The translations under genes and the position numbers were made by a program. Below, in pieces: positions 54,901 through 64,000 of a stretch of 64,000 nucleotides of DNA; position 1 is the first letter of the stretch; each line of letters opens with the position of its first letter. The notes below the pieces were generated by a model. The model was given only the letters and a program-made list of their open reading frames with translations. It was not told where the DNA came from and made no database searches. The stretch lies in assembly GCA_963824385.1 (NCBI GenBank), contig CAWGPD010000004.1, positions 160,001 to 224,000 of the forward strand. Reading direction: 5' to 3'. Origin of the DNA: an uncultured Nitrososphaerota archaeon (GTDB lineage: Archaea; Thermoproteota; Nitrososphaeria; Nitrososphaerales; Nitrosopumilaceae).

Positions 54901-55181
54901 TTAGACCATCTGGCCTTTCTGCTTCTATGATAGATTCCACATATGCAGGATTTACTGGAATAGAGTATACCTTGTCTGCAAATCTTGTATCAGTTTGAAT
55001 TGTTGCAATGTTTGGATTTACAAGTACACTCTTGATTCCGTCTTCCTGGATGGCTTTGAGGCATTGGCTACCGGAGTAGTCGAATTGACGGCCACTTGAA
55101 GTGACTTTCGCCTGCTTCTCCGATTTTAATTGCCCCACTGCCAAGAACTAGAATCTTCTTTAACGACTCATCTTTTGGCAT
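51914..55181 (-). CDS. carB: Carbamoyl-phosphate synthase large subunit; exon 1 55181-55107, exon 2 55084-51914 (1081 aa if joined)
   Basis: ATG 55181 follows a GGGGAGG SD. MPKDESLKKILVLGSGAIKIGEAGE joins FDYSGSQCLKA once 22 nt are removed. Two ATP-grasp halves and an MGS domain. Confidence 0.95.
55085..55106 (-). other. Putative 22-nt bulge-helix-bulge intron in carB pre-mRNA
   Basis: mRNA reads GGCG-AAA-GUCACU(UCA)AGUGGC-CGUC-AAU. Cutting after the second nucleotide of each bulge gives GGC GAA UUC GAC. Confidence 0.85.
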
Positions 55182-56340
55182 TGTCCTCCCCTATGAGTTT
55201 CTTGAGCTCTTCAAAAATAAACATGCAATCAAAAGGTCCAGGCGATGCCTCTGGATGAAATTGTACAGCGATTATCTTTTTTTGTTTGTGTTTTATTCCT
55301 TCTACGGTTTTATCATCTGCATTTGTAAACCATAATTTAAAATCAGTATTTTTCAAAGATTCTGGGTCAATACAATATCCATGATTTTGACTAGTAACAT
55401 AGACTTGATTGTTGTCAAGATCAATACAAGATTTGTTTTGTCCTCTGTGGCCATACTTTAGCTTGTATGTATTTGCACCACCTGCCAGTCCCAAGATTTG
55501 TGCACCAAGACAAATTCCTAGTGTTGGAATATTTTTTTCAATGAGTGATTTTGCAGTCTTCATTGTTTCGGCACACTTGAGTGGATCTCCGGGACCGTTT
55601 GAAATTACAACTCCTTTTGGATCATATGATAAAATTTTCTCAATTGAATAATTCCATGGAACTTTGATTACCTTGTAACCCAATCTACGAACATTTCGCA
55701 ATATGGCATTTTTTACTCCAGTGTCAATTACTACAATGGATTGAGATTCTGAACCAAATGTTTGTGGTTCTTTTGTAGATACAGTATTCATAAACTCCTC
55801 ATCATTGTATTTTTTCACTGATGTCAACTTCTTTTTAAGTTCAGATACATCAATTGGAGTATCAGATACTGCAAGTGCTGCCATCATAACTCCGCTTGTT
55901 CTAAGTTTTATTGTAAGTTCCCGAGTATCAATTCCTGAAATTCCTGGAATTTTTTCATTATAGAGCCATTCATCAAGTGTCATCGATAAATTCCAGTGAC
56001 TTGCAGTAAGGGATAATTCATGCACAACTAGTCCTCTTGCCTGTATCATTTCAGATTCAAAGTTCTTTCTCATACCATCAGAGTCTTTTGCCATAGGATC
56101 CGGAACTCCATAGTTTCCCACGAGTGGATAGGTAAGTGTCAGAATCTGGCCGCTATAGGAAGGGTCTGTGAGTGCCTCAGTATAGCCAGTCATGCCAGTA
56201 TTGAATACTGCTTCACCAAAGACAGTAGTAGAATAACCAAATCCCATGCCCTCAAAAACAGTCCCATCTTCTAAGATCAATATACCAAACTTTTTTGCAT
56301 GTTTGGCTTTTTTTGTCGGAATCCTTGAAACCCTCTGCAT
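55168..56340 (-). CDS. carA: Carbamoyl-phosphate synthase small subunit
   Basis: GEAVFNTGMTGY, TDPSY, SNGPGDP, GICLG, GHRG, SQNHG, QFHPEASPGP. Confidence 0.97.
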   Translation of the reverse strand: MQRVSRIPTKKAKHAKKFGILILEDGTVFEGMGFGYSTTVFGEAVFNTGMTGYTEALTDPSYSGQILTLTYPLVGNYGVPDPMAKDSDGMRKNFESEMIQARGLVVHELSLTASHWNLSMTLDEWLYNEKIPGISGIDTRELTIKLRTSGVMMAALAVSDTPIDVSELKKKLTSVKKYNDEEFMNTVSTKEPQTFGSESQSIVVIDTGVKNAILRNVRRLGYKVIKVPWNYSIEKILSYDPKGVVISNGPGDPLKCAETMKTAKSLIEKNIPTLGICLGAQILGLAGGANTYKLKYGHRGQNKSCIDLDNNQVYVTSQNHGYCIDPESLKNTDFKLWFTNADDKTVEGIKHKQKKIIAVQFHPEASPGPFDCMFIFEELKKLIGEDNAKR

Positions 56341-56433
56341 GTGGATTTTGATAGGAATTTAAATTTTATGCCGATCTAAATTTTCAAAATAGAAATTTCC
56401 ATCAACTAGGACAAAATTTTTAAAAAATAAAAT

Positions 56434-57620
56434 CTAGAGTGCTTTGAATTGTTCAGTCCACTTGTAGTATGCCCTAATCATTTCCATACTAACACTTGGT
56501 TTTCTTCTTGATATTATCTCTTTGAAGTCAGCAGTTGTAAGTACTCTGGGTTGTGATTTTGGCTCTCCTAATACTTCTTCTCCAAAGTTTGGAGAGTGGA
56601 ATAAATCATTTACAACCATTAGTTGTGCTGATTGGCAGATGTCTTTGACATCAGATGCGCTGTATCCATCTGCAAGTTTTGCAAGTTCCATTGCCTTTAC
56701 TTTATCGTCCTTGTGCAATGGAGCAGTATAGAGATTAAAAAGTGCCTCTCTTGCTTCAAGTGACGGAAGTGAAACATAAACCCTCTTGGTGAATCTTCTA
56801 AGAAATGGCCAATCAAGACTCCATGGTTTGTTTGTTGCACCAATAACATAGAGTTTAAGATCTTTTCCTTTTCCGTTGATTCCATCCATCTCGGTTAAGA
56901 ATTGGTTTTTGACACGAATCTCGCCACCAATCTCACTGTTACGGTTACCAAGAAGTGAATCTACTTCATCGATGAATAATATAACTGGGAGTCCCTCTTT
57001 TTCTGCCAATCCCCTTGCCATCTGGAATAGCTTGGATACATTTTTTTCAGACTTCGCCTAGCCACTTGCTCATCATGGATGCGGCATCTACATTGATAAA
57101 ATAACCATCAATCTCATTTGCAGTAGCTGCTGCAATGACTGTCTTTCCACAGCCCGGTGGACCATAAAGTAAGATTCCTCTTGGCCATCCAAGTGGAAAC
57201 AAGTCTGGTCTCTTTGCAGGATATACAATTGATTCTCGTAAAGCATTCTTTGCATCGTCTAAACCGATAACTTCTTGCCATGTTACATTGGGTTTTTCCT
57301 TCATTATCAGAGAGTCTAGTTCATTTTTGGTAAGAGATTGCTTTTGCTCTTCAGGAGTTGCTTTGGGATCTACAGCTGGCTCCAATTCAACATTGTTCAT
57401 CTGTAATGCCTTGATGCGATTCTGGTATGCGGCTGTTCTCTCTTGATATACTCTGTTTAGTTTGTTTTCTGGATAAAGCTGGATTAATTTAACAAGTGAT
57501 TCAATCGCCCTTTGGTAATTTGCAATTGCCATTCCTCTGGCACCTTGAGAATCAAGACTTTATTGCCTCTGCGGCAAATTTGCTTGCACTATTTTCCAAT
57601 TCTTGAGGAGCTAGACTCAT
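56434..57620 (-). CDS. cdvC: Vps4-like AAA+ ATPase CdvC; frameshifts near 57557 and 57052
   Basis: N-terminal MIT-like region from MSLAPQELENSASKFAAEAIK; GILLYGPPGCGKT, SKWLGE, FIDEVD, GATNKPW-x-LD...RRF. Confidence 0.9.
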
Positions 57621-57631
57621 AATATCATCAA

Positions 57632-58210
57632 CTATATCTCGACTGCGGTTCTTTCAAGGTAATCACCATTGTTAATTCGTCTAGTAGAATTTGTTAAATT
57701 AATTGAACCAACTTCAGTTCTTGTGATTTCAGCCTTCACAGGCTCGATTTCTACAGGTTCAGATTTAGGAGTAAGAATATACAGAAGTGAAGGAATCCTA
57801 AAGTCATCAATCTTGGTTTGTGCCACTTTACCAAATACAAGGTTCCCAGTCACATCATCATGTAGTGCCTGAATCTGATGTAATGCAAATTCAGCAGATA
57901 TGACCAAGTCTTCAAGTTCAGTCTTCAATCCATTAACAGAGTTTGCTGCGTGCAGTATGATTCCAACAAACTCTTGCAAAAATACTTTGATATCACGTTT
58001 ATCTTTATATTTTGTAAGCAAATACTCGGCAGCTAGCATCACTTGTCGTATGTCTTTCAACTCTTCCACAGAAAGCGTTTCAATAAAAGAATCACTTGTA
58101 TCATTACCCTTTTGAGATATTTTTTGCTCAACTTTTGACGATAGGATTTTGATTTTATCAAGATGATCAGACAAGTCAGATTGACTAGCATTCTTTGTGA
58201 AATTTAGCAT
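57632..58210 (-). CDS. Helical hypothetical protein between the ESCRT-III-like gene and cdvC
   Basis: 192-aa ORF, 9-11 nt from both neighbours. Confidence 0.75.
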   Translation of the reverse strand: MLNFTKNASQSDLSDHLDKIKILSSKVEQKISQKGNDTSDSFIETLSVEELKDIRQVMLAAEYLLTKYKDKRDIKVFLQEFVGIILHAANSVNGLKTELEDLVISAEFALHQIQALHDDVTGNLVFGKVAQTKIDDFRIPSLLYILTPKSEPVEIEPVKAEITRTEVGSINLTNSTRRINNGDYLERTAVEI

Positions 58211-58219
58211 GTCAGTGCC

Positions 58220-58783
58220 TTACCAGAAATCTAGATTAGGGAACTGCTTGTATATTTTAGAGTCAGCAATCAATTTAGCTTCATCTAACAGTCTACTTGA
58301 GATATCATTTGCCTTGCCAAAGTCTAAATTTGTACTTGCCAAGTGCGCTGCATCAATTATAATTCCTCCCAACAGCAATGACAACTCTCCTAACTGAAAG
58401 TCCATGGCTGGCATTAGTGCCAAGAGTTTAGACCTAATCGTTCTAACAACAGATATTGTGGGAGATAGTATGATAGGCACGTTTTCAAGTCCAGATATAC
58501 GGTCAATGCTTCGTCTTACCTGCCTTAGTGATTCAATTGTATAAGATAATTCAAGTTCATATCTAACTTGTTTTTCAAGTGTAGAAAGTAACTGGGAGTC
58601 CTTGTCTAGTCGACCATACAAATCCAAATTATTTTTGTTTACATCTTGTCTGTGTCGTGTCAGAACATCAAGCAGATCATCTACAATTTCAGTTGCATAG
58701 TCTATTCGTGGCTTGATTGTACTTGCCCGTACAAGTTGACTCTTGCCATTACTTTCAATAATCCATTTTGATTGATTTATCAT
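58220..58783 (-). CDS. Divergent CdvB/ESCRT-III-like protein
   Basis: W...IKPRI, SPTISVVRTIRSKL...MP, RLLDEAK...FP match the thaumarchaeal CdvB pattern; lies upstream of cdvC. Confidence 0.7.
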   Translation of the reverse strand: MINQSKWIIESNGKSQLVRASTIKPRIDYATEIVDDLLDVLTRHRQDVNKNNLDLYGRLDKDSQLLSTLEKQVRYELELSYTIESLRQVRRSIDRISGLENVPIILSPTISVVRTIRSKLLALMPAMDFQLGELSLLLGGIIIDAAHLASTNLDFGKANDISSRLLDEAKLIADSKIYKQFPNLDFW

Positions 58784-58793
58784 TCCCTACAGG

Positions 58794-58836
58794 TGACTTG
58801 ACTTTGCACTTATACGGTCCTTGTTACGTCAAGTCA
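58794..58836. promoter_or_regulatory. 9-bp inverted repeat flanking a TATA-like box upstream of the cdv cluster
   Basis: tgacttgac-N25-gtcaagtca; minus-strand TATAAG at 58809-58814. Confidence 0.4.
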
Positions 58837-58942
58837 TGTCACTACAGTCACACAATCTGAAGATACAGCTTAGTATTTTTTCAAAGCTTTGTTCAATGAA
58901 TTTAGCTATTCAGCTTACCTTCCAACTTGATAAATCCAACTG

Positions 58943-60118
58943 ATGGTAAAAGGCCAAGACCTAGCCGTAAGTCTAGAAGAGTTCGGATTAAGCAAATATG
59001 AGGCTCAAGCCTATGTCACCATGATTACAAAAGGTACAATTTCTGCAGGCGAACTTGCATATTATTCTAATTTACCAAGAACTAAAGTCTATCCAACATT
59101 ACTCAAACTTGAGAAAAAAAAGATTGCAATAATATCAAAGAGCAAGCCAATCATGTGTACTGCAATTGCACCAGAAGATGCTTTTGATGAAATCATACAA
59201 GAACAGATTAACCGAGTAAATGCCATGAACAATCTTATTACAAAATTAAAAGAGTTAAGCGAAGATAGCAAAAAGGCAAGAGGTTCAGAGGAGCAAAGAT
59301 ACTTCCACTTGGGCGCAAATTATGTATTCAAACAACTCCAGACAATGATAGAAGGTTCCAAGACGTCAATACATGTAGTAATAGATTCATGGGGGCTCAA
59401 TCTTTCGTCACAATGTAAAGAAGTGCTTCTGCAGGTATTAAGAAAAGACATTGATGTCAAGATAGTAATTCCCCCAAGCCTTGTATGCTCTGAGACTTTT
59501 CATGGACTTCCAACAGGAATCAAGATCAAGACCGCAGACATATCACAAAATGTATTCATCTTTGATGATTCTGAAATTCTCATGATAAACAGCAACAATG
59601 GGAAAGGCGCGATATTTCATTCAACGGATGTTTTAGGAACTAATCAGGTCAAGTCATTTGATCAGATATGGAAGAATGGAGTCAGGATAAGTAATTTGGC
59701 AGACATGACAAAAAGTGATGCTCAGGAGACATTAAAGACAATTCAAGTAATAACTGAAAACGGATTAGGTTACGTACTTAATTCCATGATAAACTCAAAG
59801 AGTAAGGGAATAGACATTTTAAATTTCTTGAACAAAAATGGTATCGATCTTGAATCAAAGACACTTGATGAAATTATAGCACTTGTTGATTCTACACTGG
59901 ACATTACATGTTCTGGACATCTAAAGTATGAATCAAGTGCAAACCACTTTGTAATCGAGTCCAAAGTCAATAGCGGCCACTCTATTCCCTGGGCGTTGCT
60001 GCTTGAAGGATATCTCAATAAAAAAGGAATTAAGACAAAGATGATCTATAACGACCATGTTCACAATGGCGAGCGGATCCACATCAAGGTAGATTCAAAA
60101 ATTAGCCTATCATCGTAG
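58943..60118 (+). CDS. TrmB-family transcriptional regulator
   Basis: FGLSKYEAQAY...LPRTKVYPTL HTH, coiled coil, PLD-like effector domain. Confidence 0.9.
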   Translation: MVKGQDLAVSLEEFGLSKYEAQAYVTMITKGTISAGELAYYSNLPRTKVYPTLLKLEKKKIAIISKSKPIMCTAIAPEDAFDEIIQEQINRVNAMNNLITKLKELSEDSKKARGSEEQRYFHLGANYVFKQLQTMIEGSKTSIHVVIDSWGLNLSSQCKEVLLQVLRKDIDVKIVIPPSLVCSETFHGLPTGIKIKTADISQNVFIFDDSEILMINSNNGKGAIFHSTDVLGTNQVKSFDQIWKNGVRISNLADMTKSDAQETLKTIQVITENGLGYVLNSMINSKSKGIDILNFLNKNGIDLESKTLDEIIALVDSTLDITCSGHLKYESSANHFVIESKVNSGHSIPWALLLEGYLNKKGIKTKMIYNDHVHNGERIHIKVDSKISLSS

Positions 60119-60215
60119 ACTACGGAGAGTATACTTTATTTTCATACCAAACGAAGCGTGGACGTGTTGATATAGAGCATAAATAGTTATATGTACTCTA
60201 TTTAGAATAAGAATC

Positions 60216-60819
60216 ATGAATAGCAAACTCGTTAAGGCATCAAGTGCTTTGACATTGTTCATTCTTATGGCATCTGTTGTTGCATCAAGTGCTCCTGCAT
60301 ATGCATCTACTACAGTGCAGTAAGAAATGGACCTCATTTGGTGGAGGAACATTACTAACATACCAAGATGGCCTTAAGATAAATAATGCAACATTTGACA
60401 TCTCAAAACACTACACAACAATCCCAACACAAAATCTCATAATAGGCGACAAGTCAAATATCAAACTAAAGATCTTTGATAACGTCGGTGCTAAAAATAT
60501 AGTCAGTGTGCTTATGTTTGTGAACCTTAGTGGAAATGACCCAGTAGCATCTAAGACTCACACATACATTGCTTGGGAGAAGAGCGGAGGAGTGTCAGTA
60601 TCAGACCCAACGGGAGTATTTCAGAAAGTAACTGGATGGGTAAAAATCAAGCACCAATTAATGTGGCTTACATTCCACATAATACCAGCAAAGTCCTTGA
60701 CAGGAAATGACATAATAATTAAAGCATGGGATTCAAACTATGCATCAGGTCAAGAGGAGATCTTAAATGCAATCAACTTTGGTGTGCTTCCAACAGGTTC
60801 CGTTAACACTGTCCAATAA
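60216..60819 (+). CDS. Secreted beta-rich protein; frameshift(s) near 60320
   Basis: Signal peptide MNSKLVKASSALTLFILMASVVASSAPAYA joins SFGGG...DGLKIN...IKAWD. Confidence 0.65.
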
Positions 60820-60904
60820 AAAGCCAAACAAAAACAACAACTTTTCTTTTTCTATTTTTCAAGTTTGTACCTTTATAATATGATATGATTCATTTCAACC
60901 TTGA

Positions 60905-63900
60905 ATGCAGTTATCTACGGATTTTAATCCAAAAAAGATAGAAGATGAAGTAAAAGAGCAATTATCCAAACTTGATTTAGAGAAATTAATTTTTGAATCA
61001 CAAAACAAGACAAAAAAAATTGCGTTCATAGAAGGGCCTCCCACCATGAATGGAACACCACATGCTGGTCACCTTCGCGGAAGAATAATGAAAGACTTGT
61101 GGTATAGATATGCAACTCTACGAGGCTACAAGATAATTTTCAATGCAGGGTGGGACACCCAAGGACTTCCAGTGGAATTACAAGTAGAAAAAGAACTGGG
61201 CATCTCGGGAAACAAATCCCAGGTTTTAGAATCAATAGGAATTGAAAAAATAGTTTCAGAGTGTAAAAAAATCGTCCACAAATTCAATGAAAAATGGGTT
61301 GAAGTTGACAAACTTCTTGGCATGTCATTTAATCAACAAAAAGCATACTGGACATACAAGGATGAATATATTGAGCGAGAGTGGAAGTATCTAAAAAAGG
61401 CGCATGAAATAGGAATTCTATCAGAATCATACAAGGTAGTAGCGTATTGCCCCAGTTGTCAAACATCGCTTAGTCAGAGAGAAGTAACAGAGGGATATGA
61501 TACTGTAGTAGACCCATCTCTGTACTATAAAGTAAAATTACAAGACGAAGATCTACATCTGATCGTCTGGACTACAATGCCATTTACTTTAGTAACTGAC
61601 ACCATGGTGGGCCTAAGTCCTGATGAGAATTATGTTCATGTGAAAGTTGGAAGTGAAATATGGCTTGTTGGAGAAAAAAGATTAGAGGAATTCATGAAAG
61701 AAACAAAAATAGAACAATATGAAATAATCAAAACTATCAAAGGAATAGAACTTGAAGGAAAAAAATACATCCACCCATTACTAGATGAGATTACTGGACT
61801 ACAAGAGTTTTCAAAATTACCTAAATTTCACATAGCTGTTGCAGAGAGTTTTGTAGATATACAAACGGGCAGTGGTCTTGTCCACCTTTCCCCTGCAAAC
61901 GGAGAGGAAGATTTTGAAATTGCATCAAAAAGATCAATACCAATATTCAATCCAATAAATGATGAGGCCAAATTCACAAAAGATGCAGGAGTCTATGCTG
62001 GGTTATTTGTAAGAGATTCTGATGAAAAAATAGTAAGCGCCCTGAAAGAAAAGGGCGCCCTAGTCAAGATTGGAAAAATAAAACATCAATATCCACTTTG
62101 CTGGAGATCACAGCACAAGCTTCTCTGGCTTGCACGAAGAGGGTTTTTCTATTTTTTAGACAGACTTGGCGACAAGGCGATAAAAGCTGCAGAAAGCGTA
62201 GAATACTTCTTTGAACCTCCGCGCAATAGATTTTTGGAGATAATAAAAGACAAACATCCTTGGTGTATCTCAAGGGAGCGCATCTGGGGATGTCCTTTAC
62301 CCATATGGAATTGTAAAAAATGCAATCATAACAAATGGTTCTTCTCAAGAGATGAAATTGTAAAAGCGGCATCTGAACTTCCAGATGGCCCAAATTTTGA
62401 ACTTCACAAACCATGGATTGACAACATTGTCATAAAATGTGAAAAATGCGAAACCAAGATGGAAAGAGAGCAGTTTGTTTTAGATACATGGCACAACAGC
62501 GGTGCTGCACCTTATGCATCGCTTACTGACTCTGAATATAACGAACTAATTCCCGCACTTTTCCTAACTGAGGGAATAGACCAGACAAGAGGATGGGCAT
62601 ACACGCTTTTAATAGAAAATGTGATTTTCAATAACGCTCCAATTGCACCATTCAAGTCATTTTTGTTTCAAGGTCATGTACTTGATGCAAATGGAAACAA
62701 GATGAGTAAAAGTAAAGGAAATGTAATGGATGCAGAAGAATTATTGAGAAAATATTCTGTTGATTTGATAAGATTGTACTTTATGTGGAAGTCAAGTCCA
62801 ATAGAGCCAATTAATTTCAGTACAGATGAGCTTGTATCAAGACCATACCAGATTCTAAGTACTTTATATCATCTTCACCTATATTTTAAACAAAATAGCC
62901 AATATGACAAATATGAAAAAAATTACAGTGTACAATGGGCAAAAGACAAAGGCCTTCTAAAAGAATCAGAGGTTTGGATTTTAGCAAAACTTCAAAAATT
63001 AATTTCCTCAGAAATCGAATCATATGACAAGTGCAAGTTTCATGAAGCTGCAAGAGCAATTGATGACTTTCTCATAAATTCTGTAAGTCAAGTATACATT
63101 CCCATTACCCGTGAAGAGTTATGGGCAGAAGACGAGTCTCAAAAGGACAGAAGGTTTGCAATTTATGCAACACTTGCAGAGATATTACGAAATTTAGACG
63201 TATTACTGCATCCGATATGCCCCTTTACGACCCAGTATCTGTACAATACAATGTTTGCAGAGAAAAAGAACATACTTTTGGAAGACTTTCCATTAGCACA
63301 AGATTCTCTTACAAATGACAAAGTCGAAGAAGCATTTGATTTATTGAAAGAGGTAGTATCAGTTTCTGCAGCTGCAAGAATGAAGGGTAAACTCAAGAGA
63401 AGATGGCCATTAAACGATGCGATAATTTGTGTTGAACCATCTCAAAAGGTAAAACTAGAGACCCTCTCAGAACTATTACTATCACAACTTAATGTAGAAA
63501 AATTTAACATTATCGAATTATCAAAATCAGAAGGACTTGAACTTGTGTCAAATATGTTACATGCAAAACTTCCAATAATTCCAAAAGTAGAACTTGAGAG
63601 GAAAAAAATAGGACCCAAGGCAAAACAAGATATGGGAAGACTATTGGACAAGTTTTCTCAAACTGATCCAAGTGCAATAGTAGACAGTCTTTTGAAGAAC
63701 GGAGCATATACTTTTGATCTTGGAGACAGTAAAATTGAATTATCTAAAGATGATTTCATTGTAGGATATTCTGAAAAGGATGGTTTTGCAATGTCAAATC
63801 GTGATTCACTTGTGGTATTCATTAGCACAACTAGAAACCATGAAATGCTTGCAAGAGGACTCATACGTGACATTGCAAGAAGATTACAAGTATTAAGAAA

Positions 63901-64000
63901 AGAGAGAGGTTACACCCCAACTGACGTATTAGAGGCGGCATACATCTTGGGTCTTGATGAAGAGTCGTTGGAGATGGCAAAAGAAAAACAATCAGATCTT
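60905..64000 (+). CDS. ileS: Isoleucine-tRNA ligase, 3' end outside window
   Basis: Manual translation: EGPPTMNG-x-PHAGH, GWDTQGLPVE, WTTMPFTL, GSGLVH, WCISRER-x-WG, EGIDQTRGW, KMSKSKGN. Confidence 0.96.
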   Translation, partial: MQLSTDFNPKKIEDEVKEQLSKLDLEKLIFESQNKTKKIAFIEGPPTMNGTPHAGHLRGRIMKDLWYRYATLRGYKIIFNAGWDTQGLPVELQVEKELGISGNKSQVLESIGIEKIVSECKKIVHKFNEKWVEVDKLLGMSFNQQKAYWTYKDEYIEREWKYLKKAHEIGILSESYKVVAYCPSCQTSLSQREVTEGYDTVVDPSLYYKVKLQDEDLHLIVWTTMPFTLVTDTMVGLSPDENYVHVKVGSEIWLVGEKRLEEFMKETKIEQYEIIKTIKGIELEGKKYIHPLLDEITGLQEFSKLPKFHIAVAESFVDIQTGSGLVHLSPANGEEDFEIASKRSIPIFNPINDEAKFTKDAGVYAGLFVRDSDEKIVSALKEKGALVKIGKIKHQYPLCWRSQHKLLWLARRGFFYFLDRLGDKAIKAAESVEYFFEPPRNRFLEIIKDKHPWCISRERIWGCPLPIWNCKKCNHNKWFFSRDEIVKAASELPDGPNFELHKPWIDNIVIKCEKCETKMEREQFVLDTWHNSGAAPYASLTDSEYNELIPALFLTEGIDQTRGWAYTLLIENVIFNNAPIAPFKSFLFQGHVLDANGNKMSKSKGNVMDAEELLRKYSVDLIRLYFMWKSSPIEPINFSTDELVSRPYQILSTLYHLHLYFKQNSQYDKYEKNYSVQWAKDKGLLKESEVWILAKLQKLISSEIESYDKCKFHEAARAIDDFLINSVSQVYIPITREELWAEDESQKDRRFAIYATLAEILRNLDVLLHPICPFTTQYLYNTMFAEKKNILLEDFPLAQDSLTNDKVEEAFDLLKEVVSVSAAARMKGKLKRRWPLNDAIICVEPSQKVKLETLSELLLSQLNVEKFNIIELSKSEGLELVSNMLHAKLPIIPKVELERKKIGPKAKQDMGRLLDKFSQTDPSAIVDSLLKNGAYTFDLGDSKIELSKDDFIVGYSEKDGFAMSNRDSLVVFISTTRNHEMLARGLIRDIARRLQVLRKERGYTPTDVLEAAYILGLDEESLEMAKEKQSDL

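Noticed and set aside
55085..55144. ORF-track carB start (MAVGQLKSEKQAKVTSSGRQ), or a sequencing error or ribosomal frameshift explanation
   Set aside because: The conserved N-terminus KILVLGSG is in another frame from ATG 55181 with an SD. A simple frameshift would leave about 7 extra residues in a highly conserved motif, whereas BHB excision is exact.
4300..60330. Other frameshift sites as BHB introns or programmed frameshifts
   Set aside because: The sites inspected are each repaired by a single base, with no extra sequence and no evident BHB

Overview
AT-rich archaeal chromosome segment, most consistent with an ammonia-oxidising thaumarchaeon (Nitrosotalea/Nitrosopumilales-like). Support: a malonic semialdehyde reductase-type Fe-ADH, the cdvC plus ESCRT-III-like locus, PEF(G)-CTERM surface proteins and many small Zn-finger genes. 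The first ~25 kb is accessory: S53 peptidase, SPFH/Zn-ribbon operon, CAP protein, ParB-like gene, Ig-repeat surface protein, microproteins and an orphan kinase. The rest is mostly housekeeping (citrate synthase, uvrBAC, purN, folD, purD, carAB, cdvC, TrmB-family regulator, ileS). More than 20 single-base frameshifts, some in essential genes, look like assembly errors. The one exception is the main finding: carB is interrupted after codon 25 by a 22-nt insertion (55085-55106) forming a canonical bulge-helix-bulge. Cutting at the standard tRNA-splicing endonuclease positions restores the conserved GEAGEFDYSG motif exactly, so this is a candidate mRNA intron. No rRNA, tRNA, CRISPR array or transposase was recognised.
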